Positions 9,657 through 23,243 of a stretch of 38,279 nt of DNA are shown here, in pieces. The notes below the pieces were generated by a model, which saw only the letters and a program-made list of their open reading frames with translations, had not been told where the DNA came from and made no database searches. The translations under genes were made by a program, and so were the position numbers. Every line of letters starts with the position of its first letter. Positions within the stretch are counted from its first letter, which is position 1. Source of the stretch: Basidiobolus ranarum (Eukaryota); NCBI GenBank assembly GCA_040143965.1, contig JASJQH010006923.1, positions 1 to 38,279 of the forward strand, written 5' to 3'.

Positions 9657-12078
9657 TTTAGTAATTGTAGAATAGTATCAGTTACTGAACAGGTTATCTA
9701 CTATATTCATCTCGTTTAAATAATCCTCAGAAAACCTCCTTTACTTATGTCAATGACAGCAACGATTTGAAGCAAATAACTAATAGGTGAAATGAGAAAG
9801 GTGGAGGTTAAAGCAACCGCCAACTCAAGTGGCGTTTATATGATCTCTATTCGTACTTGATTGGTCTACCAGTGAACCATTACTCTGTGGGCTTACAACT
9901 ATGGACGTGCGTCATTCGCTTGTGACAGCGAATAATATTTCTATTCGTCCAAGTTCTGTCTTGTCCAATACTTAACCAATCACATCAACGGAGTGTCTCT
10001 GGTGACTGGCTTAATGAATCCATTTAGTATAGCTCTTTTGTGGCTGTATGCTCAGCTAATAGCTATTTACATTAGCGCTGGTATAGAGGGAACTCTGTGC
10101 TTGGCTAGTCTGAAGCGGATTTACTTAATTAAATAATATATCGAAATACATATCAGATTGGATTAGGGCATATTAAATGTGATATTGAGCGTCAAATACC
10201 AAAGTCTGGTTCCATTCAAATTACTCAGGTAATTAGTCTATGTATGCTCCCTAGAGACCAAGATTTTCCGTTATTAGGTTGTTGCCTGGTACTCCACATA
10301 TATACCAGTAATTACGAAGTGTAGTGCCAATATTCCATGGTAAATTATTTATTTCGTTCAAAGTTCAACTTAACCATTAGTCATGGGTAGAACGCTCAAA
10401 TACCACTTACTTCGACATGATAATTGATATATTTTTTCTGAACCTCTGCAAGTACAGAAAGTGTAAAACCATCAGTCTTATCTCGACCCGATGGTAATAT
10501 ATATAACCGCGTTAACTTCCTGCAAGACTTCATGATTTTCCTAAGATACTCATCAGATAATGTTTCGTTATCTCGGAAAGTCAAAGCTTTAAGGCCACGT
10601 CCATACTTGGCTATGGCCTCTAGAGTCAGATTGGTAATTGGCCACCCATCAATGTTCAAAGTTTCGAGGTGACCTCCATGTAAACAAATAAATTCTACAA
10701 ATTCAGTGACAGTCAAAGGAGTCTCTTCATGTGGCTTAATGTATCTTGGCCATTCTATGTTTAGATCGGTTATGTATGAGCATTGCTTGGTTATTTCGCT
10801 TATTGTATCTCCTGAAATGGAAGTCTTGGATAGGTTTAGAGTCCTTAGAGTTTTCCCATTGGTTTCAAGTATCTTCTTTATTGCCACATCACTTGTCCAC
10901 GTTCTCTGTAATGATAACTCACGCAGTTTATGACAATACTTCGCAACTGTCAAAACAATCCTATCATCTAACAAGGCGTTGCTGTCTAAGTGAAGTACCT
11001 GAAGAGAACCTCCACAGCTAGCTAATAAAGGCTCCCAAAAGTCAATAGGAGGTTCACGAAATTCCGTAACGTTTGATCGACATAGTCGCTTTAGAGTTGG
11101 TGAGATGTTATAGGCTAAGCATGTGAAAGATTTATAGAAAATGGTAAATCCGCGTAACTCCAAGGTCTCTAAATGAGGACCATGACTTTTCCAAAGCTCG
11201 TTTAAAACATGCTGTGGTACATGAGGCCCTTTGGGAAAACATAGCTTCAAATGCTTCAGTTGACTTTGGTAGACTTTTGCCAGGCCATGACAAAGTGACT
11301 CAATCGGCATATATCTATTACTGTCTGAGTTTGTGAGTTCAATCTCCAATGACTTTAATTTAGGGCAGCTTTTCCACAGATTCTCGGTAAAAGAGTCGGA
11401 TATTTGAACCATGGTGAAGCTCAAGTGTTCAAGATCAGGTGTGTGGATCAATATCCTCTCAACCAGTACACTCGAAGAATGCACACATCTTAAAGAAAGT
11501 GATTTGAGAGGTGAAGTCGGCAGTACATCTATTTCATTCATATCCAAGTTATGAAGTAAAGGGTAGTCCGTATCCAAATCCACAGCCAATTCTTGGAGCT
11601 CAGTGCAACCGGCTAGGACACTGCACAAATCTTGAAGCACTCTACGAAACGAAATCCGTGTGTCTCTATAGTGTAGCCGTCGCAAGCCTGGAAGTGCTTT
11701 ATACGCAACATGTCTTAGGAAAGTGGTGGGGACGGGTAGTAGATTTACAAATGGCAGGGATATAAACTTCAAGTTTGGGAGTAGACTCACTAGATTGGAG
11801 ATTTCTTCGATAGATCGGATTTGATACATGTACATATCGAACGAAAAGTCATTCACGTATCTCCTGGCTAAATTCAAGTTGTCAGTAATCAGTGTGGATA
11901 CTGCTTTGAGAAAGCAATGGACACTAGTCGGTATCCCTCACACACACATACCTTTTGGATTATTGAGAATGGTATCTTTGAATGCCAAGTAAGAGCTTTG
12001 ACTGTTGAAGCTGGGTCTGTTCCACAGTAAGGGAGTTGTCAGGCTATACCAGTCCTTGTTCACCAAGCAGCATGACCA
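8830..12078. repeat. Direct repeat: about 8830-9563 appears identical to about 11345-12078, within the duplicated F-box genes
   Basis: No difference seen by eye, including the intron; the ORF track gives the same 84-aa antisense ORF at 8996 and 11511. Confidence 0.9.
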
Positions 12079-12153
12079 CAGATCAACCAAGTCTGCTCCC
12101 AAGTATGATAATATACAACTCGTTACTTCAGCAGGAAATGCGGTATGGATCAT
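10396..12153 (-). CDS. F-box / leucine-rich-repeat protein, copy B (tandem paralogue). Exons 12153-11952 and about 11900-10396
   Basis: Same architecture and intron as copy A, colinear at a constant offset of 2515 nt. Confidence 0.86.
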
Positions 12154-12246
12154 GTTAATATTGTCCTTCGTATCAAGGTTCGGCTGCTGAACTATATATA
12201 GTTAAGGCTATCAGAATCATTGTGGCTTAAGCTAATTTGTAATTGA

Positions 12247-12275
12247 CGAATCAAATCGAATCAAATCGAATCAAA
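12247..12275. repeat. 10-bp tandem repeat (cgaatcaaat), about three copies
   Basis: cgaatcaaat cgaatcaaat cgaatcaaa, about 95 nt upstream of the F-box copy B start. Confidence 0.85.
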
Positions 12276-13080
12276 ATTGAAATCTCTTTATCTAGAGTTT
12301 CAAATGTAAAGGTCAAGTAAACAATTAAACTTGATACATCGTGAGTTGATATGCATGAAACAACGATGGGCCTTGTGCTTAATCTCAAATAGAACAGCAT
12401 AACCCTACTCTCTAATATTAAATGAAACAACTTATCTGGATCCTCGATATACAACTGTTATAATAGTGGATCTAGTATGGGTTTTATTTAAGAGGGAAAG
12501 AGTAGCTAAATGAGGTAGAAAAGAGAGGTTTCATTGCAAAGCACCGACGACGACCAAGATAGAAGCTGTGCACAATAAACCTAAACAATTCAGCAAAAAT
12601 GGTATGAAAAACTCGAACATTAAAATTATCGGAAAAAATGAAACAAGTGAAGCTTTAACGTTCAGGAAGAGAAACATCCGTATTGAGAAGGTTCACTATA
12701 TTGATTACGAAAAGAAACCATGAAAATCGAGTTATTTCACACAACCATCACAATATCAAGGAACATGGAAATTGAAACAAATAATGGGTCAGAAAGAAGT
12801 TGTACCCGAAAGCAGACATAGAGGGGCGTATTATAGACAGAGGTGAGGCTGTTTCGATTGATTACTGATAAAGACCCCGATTGCGTGTCGGCAACGTGCT
12901 ACTTATCCATGTAGACAAAATAAGGTTCAAATCAGTGATCTTCTCAACATAAAATATTTTTGTTATTTTGCAGAATTTTCTTATTATTTTGTTTGTACTT
13001 GTTTCTCACGTTAGGAGATTTCCCGTCGAGATAAAACAATGTTGCGATGTCCAGAGTACTGCTACGAACTGGACCAAGTC

Positions 13081-15230
13081 CTATAGGTTGGCGGCGCGAG
13101 GGAACCTAACATTGTAAAGCATTTCAGGAACAAATACAGCAGAAATTTGTCTAGCGGCAAACCATCTTCCGTTCAAAGATGAAATAGCACTCTGAGCAGA
13201 GTCTATAGAGTCAAATTTCATGTAAACTTCTCCCTATATTACGTAGAAGCATTGAGTTACCGAATAATAGCTCGGACAATGAACTAAATAAATTTACCAG
13301 AGAATCTGGCTCAAGTTCAATATGAACAATTTTGCCATATTTTGAGCACTCTTCAGCTATATCCTCTCTCAAGTCATTTTGCCAATTAGGCTCAGTTTCC
13401 CTAGGAAAAACTCTTCAGGTAAGAATATGCGACGAATAAAATAATGTGAAGAACGACATACTCGTCAGGATTAAACATATTTTTCAGCAGGACTGTACGA
13501 GAAGGCATAACAACCGGGACAATTTGAGGACCACTAAACGAAACACCGGTTAGTTACAGTACAACCGAGCAGAGATATCAGTGAACTTACGATGAGATAC
13601 TAGAAGAAGCAGGTGAATCCTGCTGAGACTGCGTAGGTAGCCCAGAGTCACGAGCAAGTTTCTGCATTAACTCAACTCGTGATTGAGAAGTCAAGGTGAG
13701 ACCGCCAACATCTAGATCAACACCAATGGTGAGCAAGATAAAATAGATTCATGAAAATATAGCAATACCAACCTCCATCATCTAAATTGTAATTAATATT
13801 ACTGCCTTTATCAGTGACCAAACCTACTTTGATCTACAATATACAAAATCATTAGCAGAGCAAACAAACTAAGGCACTTCGTATATACTTACTGTTCTTC
13901 CTGCCAATTCGAATCCATTCATTTTTTCAAGAGCGTGCTTTGCATCCTCAGTATTTTTGTATCTACATACAAGATAATAAGTTATAGCTCTTTAATGACC
14001 CGATAGTAATTATATGAATGAACTTACTGAATGAAAGCAAAGCCTTTAGAGCGTCCGGTCTCAGGATCTCTGTGCAAGTTAACGAAATCAAGTGGTCCAA
14101 ATGGCTCAAAGACTTGTCTCAAGTCATCCTCCGTCAAATTGAAATGAACAGATCCAATGTAAAGTCTATGGTAAACAACATCCGCCGACCTAAATGTGTG
14201 GAAAGTTTTAACAATTGTTTGGTCTCGATTTTGGTAGGAAAACCTCTTACGCAGCAGCCTCTTGTTGTGCGGCAAGTCGGTTTTTTTCGGCTTCACTCGG
14301 CTGTACGATAACTGGAATACCTAGAAGCTTTTGACCTGTCAAAGCCAGAGCTTGGGGTACTGAATCTTCGTGATAATACTCGACATACCCGACACTATAT
14401 TATATACAAATGGTAAGCGATACAATAACGATGATGTATGCATTATTATAATATGAATGCTTACCCTTTTGATCTTCTAGAGTTTCTATCAGCTACGATT
14501 TTGGCTTCGCGAACTCTACCAGCAGTAGAGAAGAAATCTAAGAATTCACGATGTCTAAGTCGAGCAGCGAGCTGCATGACAAATACAGTACGACGATCTC
14601 GATCAGCCTCACTCACAGGTGGAGAGGGAGATCTTCAGAAATATTATTAGGACCAAAGATACTAATATTGATCTATAAGAATACGAAATTACCTCACAAG
14701 CCTACTAGAACTTCTACTTTTGACAGGACTTCTACTGCGTCTTTCCCGGTCCTCAGACCTTCTCCTGTCCCCATCTCGTTTCGATCTGGAATTGGATGGA
14801 GAATATTTTCTTTCTCTATCCCGGGACCTGGAGCGTCGTCTTCTATCTCTATCCCTACCTCTAGAAGGTTCCCGTGATCTAGATCGGTGTTCACGTCGAC
14901 TGTGTCTTCTGCTGCTATGACGATCGCGAGAAGAGCTTCTGTGACGTCTTCTTCTCTCACTAGAGCGTGAACGATCTGTTCGTTTTTTTTCCTCTCTACT
15001 GTCAAAAATGAATTTACTAATATATCAAGGCGAATAAAAGAAGCCACGAAAAATACCTGGAATCTTTAGCTTTGTCTTCTTTCCCATTTAAAATGGTTTG
15101 ACTCTTTGTGTCAATAGATTCAGTTAATACTTTTTGCGGGTAATTAAGCTAAATCTATACACGAAATGGTAAATACCTTTTCCATGAAAGGTGCCTCCAA
15201 CAAGGCTTCAACGTCTAAATCATCTGCCAT
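13081..15230 (-). CDS. RBM39: RBM39 / CAPER / S. pombe Rsd1-like splicing factor (RS domain, two RRMs and a C-terminal UHM); multi-exon
   Basis: N-terminus [17 protein letters not shown]-rich exon about 14998-14690; [85 protein letters not shown]; stop TAG at 13083-13081. Confidence 0.93.
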
Positions 15231-15745
15231 ATCTAAAAATGTATGTATGTATGCTTTGTTCGTTGATAGATTCTGAGTTGGTTATTACGTTGACAATAGT
15301 AAGGTGCTGAACGTTTCGTAGAGTTGATGCAAATTGCGAAAGCAGGAAAAGCAAAAATCAATCAAAGATCATTATAGCGATATAATTTGAAAATGAACTT
15401 CTATATCCATAGATCACATGGTTCTATCAGTATTTAGACTTCTCTAAGAAAATGCAGATAATTTCCAAGACTATCCCCTTATTTATTTACGATGATTTCC
15501 AATAAGCAAATGAAAATGATCAATAATCAAGCTGAGCCTATTGCTTTAATTTAGATGTATTTTTAGTAAGAATTTGTATGTTCTCAATTAGGATGAAGCA
15601 CTTTAAGTTTTTTCATGTTCAAAAAAAAAAAAATGAGAAAAAAAATAGAAAACTGAACGAAGATTACAAGCTGAAGTAAAAAGAGATAATTTTGTTAGTA
15701 TACAACAACTTGACACTTCTTCCAAGTACTCAAGCGTTCAAAGTC

Positions 15746-16151
15746 ATGGCTAAATCTATTCGTTCTAAATCCAAGAGAAAGTTCAGAGCTATCAAACGTG
15801 AGCAAGTCTTTGCTCCTGTTGAAAATGCTCGTATGGACCGTTTGTCTGCATCACTTAACTCTGGTACTGATATGCAAGCTGAATCCGAAGAGCCTGTAGT
15901 TGAAGCTGACTCTGTCACCGAAGCCGTCGCTGGAGGTAATATTCCATTATTTTTCTTTAATGTCAATGTGAAACGAAAGCTTACATAATATTCTTTTAGA
16001 TGTAACTATGGAGGATACTACTGGAAATAAGATAAGCTTGAAGAAGAAGGAAGAGAAGAAAAAGAAGAAGAGTAACGAAAAGCAACCTCGTCAAATTAAG
16101 AGAGTTCAATTGCAAAAGAAGAAGAAGGCTTTCAAGTTCCATAGAAAATAA
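15746..16151 (+). CDS. Small basic LLP-homolog / DUF2423 (YBL028C-like) protein. Exons 15746-15935 and 16000-16151
   Basis: MAKSIRSKSKRKFRAIKRE N-terminus typical of the LLPH/DUF2423 family; GT-AG intron 15936-15999 joins a Lys-rich tail ending AFKFHRK. Confidence 0.8.
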
Positions 16152-16652
16152 ATCTATTTTCCTCGCTCTCTTCCATCTAAGAATAAGACTGTAATATATT
16201 CTCACCACGCGAAAGGTAGTCTTTTTTGAATCGAGGCTGCACACTTTCCCTTAGACTTGATGCAATCATTACTTCTTTACACTTGGCTTAATGTACAACT
16301 CAAGTTTTTCTCTCATGTTCTCTGACATAATTATTCAAACATGTATCTAGAATTTATGGCTAATCTTAATAAAGCACATGTTTAAACAACCAACTATGTT
16401 GCCATTCGATGAATTAGGATAGCACGTTGACGACTGTTTAATGTCAGAAAGACAAAAGATAAGTGGGGAACATTTGCTTGGAAAATGTAGTGAATCTGTG
16501 TCGGAGACTGTTACAAATTTGAGGATTTTTACTATTATTTCATCAATGCCAGAGCAGTCTTGCAAACGAGTAGATTGATTAAAAGTTGGTTAAATTGTTT
16601 GTTATACCTGCTTGTATAATTAGAGGCAGTTTAAAAAGAAAAAAAATTAGGA

Positions 16653-19600
16653 ATGGTATGTAAAATTTCGGACATACAATGTTGCAATACTTGACGGAAG
16701 ATATCAAAGTTGATACTAGAACCTTTCCTCGATGGGTTTGCTAGACAAGAATAGACTTCACCTGAAAGGGAAGAAGATTACCGTTCCAATAAATCCTCAA
16801 TGGTTACTTTTTGCCCAAAAAACTCTTGAAAATATCCCCACGGATAATCGTCTGCCTGCTACTCAGGCTTTCATACGTTTTTTGGAAGACGACCAGGCAT
16901 CTTGGGAGCAACAATTACAATATCTAAAAACTATAGGTTTGCCTAATTGATAATTTGTATAATTGGGTCCTTGTCTTTAACCTTTGAGCTCATGTATTTT
17001 ATTAATTAATAGAAAGATTGCTAGCACATGGCAATTTGAAGAATATCACTGACTCACAAGTTGAAAGTCAAATTGAACAAATCATTGCTCCTATTACTGT
17101 ACAGATTTATTTTGCTTCCGTGGAAGTCATTCCTCAAAGACATTGTACTCCTATATTCGACGCCTGTGCAACTGTCAGCAAAAAAGAAAACTACGTGTAT
17201 GATTTGTTCAACCAAGAGTATCAAAAATATATTTCCCAGAACGAATTTTATCAGCATACCTTTACAAACAAAGCGGCAACTATTTACTCGACTTTGGATT
17301 TCGCTCTTGGTGCTAATATTATTCGAGACAATATCAAGTCGACATTTTTCTACTTGTGCGGTTGTTTGAATTCTACTTTATCGGAGCTAGAAAAGACATC
17401 ATATACCGACAATCAAGTGTTGGCTCTATCCGATAGAGTAACTGATTGTAACAACCTTACGAAAACCATCTTGGGCCTCTTGTCGCGTCATGATCAATTT
17501 TTCCGTGATATGTTTTCAATTCTTGACCAAGAAATACTCGACGAATCACAGAAGATTGTTTCCTCAATGTATGAGGATATTATCAATTCATGTTTCACCA
17601 TGTGTACTGTTGGTGGGTATACAAAGGATTATGGTCAATTGGCTGGCATGGCGTTGGCTTCGTTATTAGATCTAGTAGGGTCCTCCGACAGGGTCGTCAC
17701 TTTAATTATCGAACTATTTTCCGGAAAATCAAGCCAAGAGGTCCTTCGGAATGTGAAATTCAATGTCTACTCAGACATGTTAACAAATAAGTCCACCGAC
17801 AATTTTTCCGAGTTGGCAGTTTACAGAGGCTTCTTAGCTAACTTACGTACATCAACACTTGTTACTGCCATTGAGTCGACTGGGTAAGATAGCAACTTTC
17901 TTCTTGGTCTGTTATACATCCAAATTAACCAGTAGCTTTTAATAGAATCCCCGAATTCCAAGGCCAATGTCTTCATAGTCTCATGTTCCGCAAATTAATT
18001 GGCTTTTGCGATGGATCTTTTGATTCCCAAATCAAAGCACTGGCCTTCGAGACACTAGCTATGTGGTTTGAAACTAGCAAGGCTGCTTGTAAAGAAGCCT
18101 CTAAGTACCCGATCGCCGTCCATCGTATAAAAGAGTTGCTTACCAACGACATGCAGCAGTATATCCTTTCGTACGTTTGGAACAACTGGGATGATCCAAT
18201 TGACCTTGTCCAATATAAAGTTAAAGATCTTTTCGAAGTTGTCTTAGAAGCTAGTGAAGCTATCGGGGAGCTGCAAGGTTCTGATAAGATACACATGGAG
18301 TTGTTGAATAATCTGGTCAAGCGCTTGATGGAGATGGATTGGTATCGTAAGGTGAAGTACGCACTCTCCTCTAATCTTCTTCCTCGAGTCGGCACTTCAC
18401 TCTTCTTGGAAGTATGTCCTGATTTGATTTCGAAAGCTCTCCTTGTGTTTCATAACCAAGTATTATCTCCAAGATCTTCGCAGCTTATCATGGCGTTGAT
18501 TGAAAAAAGAAAGGACGAGGTTCTTCTCAGTGATAATAAGGATCTGACGTCTTGGACAAAGCTATGGCTTGCGCCAGTGTGTCGAGCTCTCTCTTCTGAC
18601 AATGAGCTCATGCGTAAGAATGTGAGCCACTTTCTTTTGGACAGAGTATTCAAGATCCATCCTGATTCCTTCTGGTCGGCTATCGAGTCTCTTCAAACAA
18701 TGGATCGCGAGTATGTGGATTGCCCTCAGTATCGTATGAATGCGATGATCTCTGTAATCAAAGCTGGAAAATCCCTGGACTTGATCGATGGCCGTTCTTT
18801 CCATTCTGGTCCCACCAGTGCTCTTGAAAAGAAGCTGAATGTCGAGATTCTACGAGAAGCTATCCACCACGGTGACCTCTATTTGAGAATCGATGTTCTT
18901 GGCCTTCTCTGTCAAGCTCAGAAGGTCACTGCTGAGGTTACTGTGGATGAGATTGATTTACTTAAAGATTTCCTTACGCTCAACATGAATCATACTTCTC
19001 CTGAATTCCGACAAAAGTTCTACGGACATTTGACTAAATTCTTTATTCGTCTTCGCGGAAATCTTTATAGTATGTGGAGAGTGTACCAGTCCAAAGAGAA
19101 ACTGATGCAGAAACAAGGTGAGAAGCTGTCATTGAAGGAAGAGCTGAGCTCCTTGATGGGAAAGATCAACAACATCAAATCCTTCCTTACTTGGTTGTGC
19201 GATCTTTCCATGGCGTCTCTTTATCCGGGATCCTCGTATCAGCGCGTGTTCAGTTCGTTGAAACTTTTTGAACTCTTAATTAAGCATTTCGGTATCGACG
19301 ATACTCCTCTACCCAATGGATTCGTTCGCGAGCACTGTAACGCACCTAGCTTTCCTTTCCGCCTTCCATTGGCCACAGAGAGAAATAGCAAGATTTTGGT
19401 GGAAACCCTAATGAATCCATTCGAGGCCAACCGAGAGACTGCTAGAAATATTTTGTTCTCCTTCCCCTCACCCCTCCCTGGAATCGAGACTTTGGAGGAT
19501 GCCCAGAAGCTCTTGTGGTGGGGTTTCGAAGCTATGATCAGTAACCGTGCTAATGAGAGTGAGAGTGGTGCCACTGTCTTTAGATTGTTGTTTTCCAAGT

Positions 19601-22600
19601 ATGTCGAAAAGCTTGGGTTCTGCTTGGAAGTAGAAATGAAAGAATCGACGGAAAATCAGAGTTTCACCGGAGTGCCCTCGGTAGACTTTGCTACCAAGTT
19701 GTTAAATCTTTTGGAAGCACAGCTTGACTCTGCCCGTAATAACCTCTTATTTGCCGCTCAAAATCATCCGATGCATGGGCCACTTATGGCCTTGGCTTAT
19801 ATTTTCCAAGATCTCAATTATTCATCTGATGGTATAAAGAAGAACATTGAGCTATGGCGTCAACTTCATCTACGTACATTTAACCTTGTACACTTGGTCT
19901 GCTCCACTGTTCTCGATGTTCTATCCAACCCTTCTCCTGAAGGAAATATGCCTGCATCGTTTCAAGAAATAGAAGGTGCAATTGACGATGTAATCCAACA
20001 CACAGATCAGGATGACGTTGAATCAATTGGACCTAAGCATCAGGTTATATTGAGTTACTGTTGGAGAGCCGTCAAAGAAGCCAGCACCTTGTTGGGTGTA
20101 CTTTTGTCTCGAGTTCCTGTAAATGATGGCAGCAAGATTCCGGCAATCATGGAGTATGACCACTTAGTTGAAGGTGGCAACTTACTTCGTAATCTGTTGA
20201 CTTCTATTCGTCATCGTGGTGCCTTTTCTGCTGTATATCCAGCTTATATATCTGTCTGCTCTAGATTGCTGACTGCTTCTAATTCTGAACACTCAGCCGT
20301 ACCCAAGGCGTGGTTGGATGAGAATTTAGATAGCATCTTGTCTAATTCGGTGTCAATTACGCGTAGAAGTGCTGGACTTCCGTTGTGTATCCTAGCTATC
20401 GTAAGTAGCGAGCCTGCCGATAGTACTCACCTTTTGAATTATACTATGAAGCACGTTTTGAAAATTGCTCACGAAGCTCCTTCTCCAGATGCTAATCAAA
20501 ACAATGATTTGCCTCAAGTTCATGCTTTTAACATTCTTCGTACCATGTTCTCCGACGCAAAACAAGGTACCAACGTATTATCTTATGTAGAAGACAGTTT
20601 TATGCTAGCCATCTCGGGCTTTTCTTCCGACTCTTGGGCAGTCCGTAACTGTTCCGTCATGCTTTTCTCCACTTTATTACAAAGAACTTTGGGAACCAAG
20701 AAAACCAAAGATGAGCATCATTCCATGAACACCTTAACCGGAAACGAATTCTTCTCTCGATTCCCTAAATTGCATCCTTTCTTGTTGAAGGAGTTAAAGA
20801 TTGCTGTAGAACAATTGCTCAAATCAAAGGAACTTGACTCATCCGCTGTTCATCCTGGCTTATATCCGGTTTTAACGTTGCTCTCCCGACTTCAACCTTC
20901 GGTTATGGATGGATCAGACTCGGCATTGACTATGTCAGCCTTCGTTCCGGCAGTTCTTGAGTGTGCAGGAGGGGCTATCTACAAAACACGTGAAATGGCG
21001 GCTCGTGCTCTTGTCCCATTAGTTGTCTCTAATGATTTAGTCAAGATAATCGAAACGCTATGGAATGACATTGATTTGAAGTCGCAAAACAAACTTCATG
21101 GTCGTCTTGTTCAACTTTTATCACTTCTAAGAGGGCATTTATACAGTGTGGCCAATCATACGATTCGCCAAGATGTAATCAACAGCATCTCCGTGCTTTT
21201 CCAATCCAAACTGAAGCTATTACTTGGGGACAATCAATGCAGTATCACTCGTGCGGTATTCTATGACATCGTCTCAGAATTCATCTTAGAGCCTAACTGG
21301 ATCAAACAAAATCAACCCGAACAAGTCCAAGTGGAGTTAACTCGCTTGGCTGACCAGGCTTTCAAAGAACTTGGTAGAAACATTCTTTTATACGCTTTTG
21401 AAGATGTCTTCACTCAGCCGATGACTGGTAAGGGTGTCGATGTGGGTAGGTACTTAGTGCTTAGACATGCCTCCAAAATCATTGCTACCCAGACGGTCAC
21501 TCAGGGCTTGGAGTTTGTAGAACTGGCAGCAGATGATATAATAGACGCATTGTTGGAAGATCCCGATTACGAGATTCGACTTTCTACTCTCCGTACTCTA
21601 TCTCGCCTCATTGAGAGTGGCCACGACCAACAGAAATACAAAATCAGTAACGACCAACAGAAATACAAAATCAGTATGAACCGACTATGGTCAAAGCTAG
21701 CCCAATTGATCTATCAACGCGAGGAAAACCTGGAATGTTTCAAGATTGAGATTGGCTTGCTTTCGCTCGGTAACTTCATACCCGTGATCATTCAGGCCCA
21801 TGCAGAAAAGAGAATTGCATTTGGCATTCACTCATTTTGGAATCACTTGATGGATATGATGAGCAACACCAAGTCGCTAACGGTTGTCGAGCTTACACTG
21901 CCGTTGATTGGATCTTTAGTGAATTTCATGTGGTTACATCCGAATGAATACGAATTAGATGATAAAGAGGTCATGGAATTCTCCAGAATTTGGTCTGAAT
22001 ACATCACAAAATATAGCGAAGAATCCATCTCTTTATCCTTACGTGAAGCTGCGTTCGCCTCCATCAAGCATTTCGAAGAATCCCTCAAGTCGCGCAGTAC
22101 GTCCAACAAAAACAAGGCTGAGAATGAAGTCTTGATCAATGTCTACCGTGTACTCATTCGTTTATTGCAAGATGACGATATTGATATTCGTCAAGAAAGT
22201 GCTCAACTTGTTTCTAAGATTGGTGTTCGTTGGACACCCCTGAATCCCGAGCGAGCTGCCGAGATTTGCTGTCGAAATGCTGCTGAACTCGAACTTACTT
22301 CAGAGAATCTTGTGAACACCTATCTAAGCATCTTGCATGGAGAGCGACGTTTCGGTAAGTATTGTTAACATAACATTGGGGAGTGATTCCATTCACTAAC
22401 TGTTTGCTATAGACACCGTTATTGAAGATGAGCTCAATCCAAGCCGGACACTCTTCGTCACTGAAAGACCGAATATTTACAAAGAAGACTTGATAGAAAC
22501 ACAACTAGTATTCCGAGTCCTTGAAGAAACATTCTCAAAGTTAATGGAGCAGCACTTGCTTCCCGCTTCCATCAGAGACCTGTTTCTTCGTGAAGGACAC

Positions 22601-23096
22601 CAAGCCATTGCCGACTTGGTCAAGTTGATTGATGGCTTAGAGAAAGCGCAGGAACAAGTAAGGATAATCATGCGTAAGAATGTATATAGAGCCGATTGAT
22701 TTACTTTTTTTTGATTTACTTCTGATTTTTAGCGCAAAAACTTTGGTCCCTTCGGATTCACTGGACATGCTACTATCTTTTTGGAAGTGTTTAGAGCCGC
22801 CACAATCATCATTTTGGCCAAGAAGATTGAACTCGGAGAGTCTCTGACTTCAGGTAATGTTTGGCTACTTCGTACACGACACCCATGTCGATGCTGATCA
22901 ATATTTTATAATTTGCAATCTAGAATTGAAGAATGCTCTTGGTAAGCTGGACCAGTTTGAATTACATCCTTTATTGCGCAACTTCTATTTTGCTCCAACT
23001 GAATCAGTCAGCTCGGAGGTTTTCCAATCTTCAAACAAATGTGAAGGGATCTTTTCAGATGAATTCAAAAAGTTGTTCTTAATTTCATTTCCTTAA
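16653..23096 (+). CDS. THADA: THADA / Trm732-like armadillo-repeat protein (DUF2428). Exons approx. 16653-16655 (uncertain), 16720-16936, 17013-17883, 17946-22354, 22413-22657, 22733-22853, 22924-23096
   Basis: YCWRAVKEAS, IRHRGAFS, ITRRSAGLP, PQVHAFNILR, WAVRNCSVMLFSTL, FFSRFPKLHPFLL, LYPVLTLLSRL and LLQDDDIDIR motifs. All introns are GT-AG and frame-preserving. Confidence 0.92.
21623..21676 (+). repeat. Perfect 27-bp in-frame tandem duplication within the THADA coding region
   Basis: acgaccaacagaaatacaaaatcagta twice, giving DQQKYKISN DQQKYKISM. Confidence 0.95.
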
Positions 23097-23243
23097 TTCT
23101 CTTTTCCACTAAATATACAATAAACCGATTCTGGTTAATGCTCAAAATGTAGAGCGGTAGAATCAATATTTCCCATAACACAATATGATATAACGCGTAA
23201 CAAGGATGACATGGTTCAAACCAACTTTTATGGACATACAAGT

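Noticed and set aside
12480-13080. About 600 nt without a gene after the RBM39 stop codon
   Set aside because: U-rich on the minus strand with AATAAA near 12483-12488; best explained as a long 3' UTR, with no RNA-gene motif recognised.
14551-15047. Overlapping ORFs 14551-14877 (+), 14720-14920 (+) and 14694-15047 (-)
   Set aside because: Antisense or alternative-frame shadows of the low-complexity RBM39 RS exon.
18160-18170. ATATCCTT resembling a U12 (AT-AC) donor; also GTATCCTT near 36016
   Set aside because: The first lies inside an uninterrupted THADA exon and the second is antisense within the NR-like coding region. All introns called here are ordinary GT-AG.
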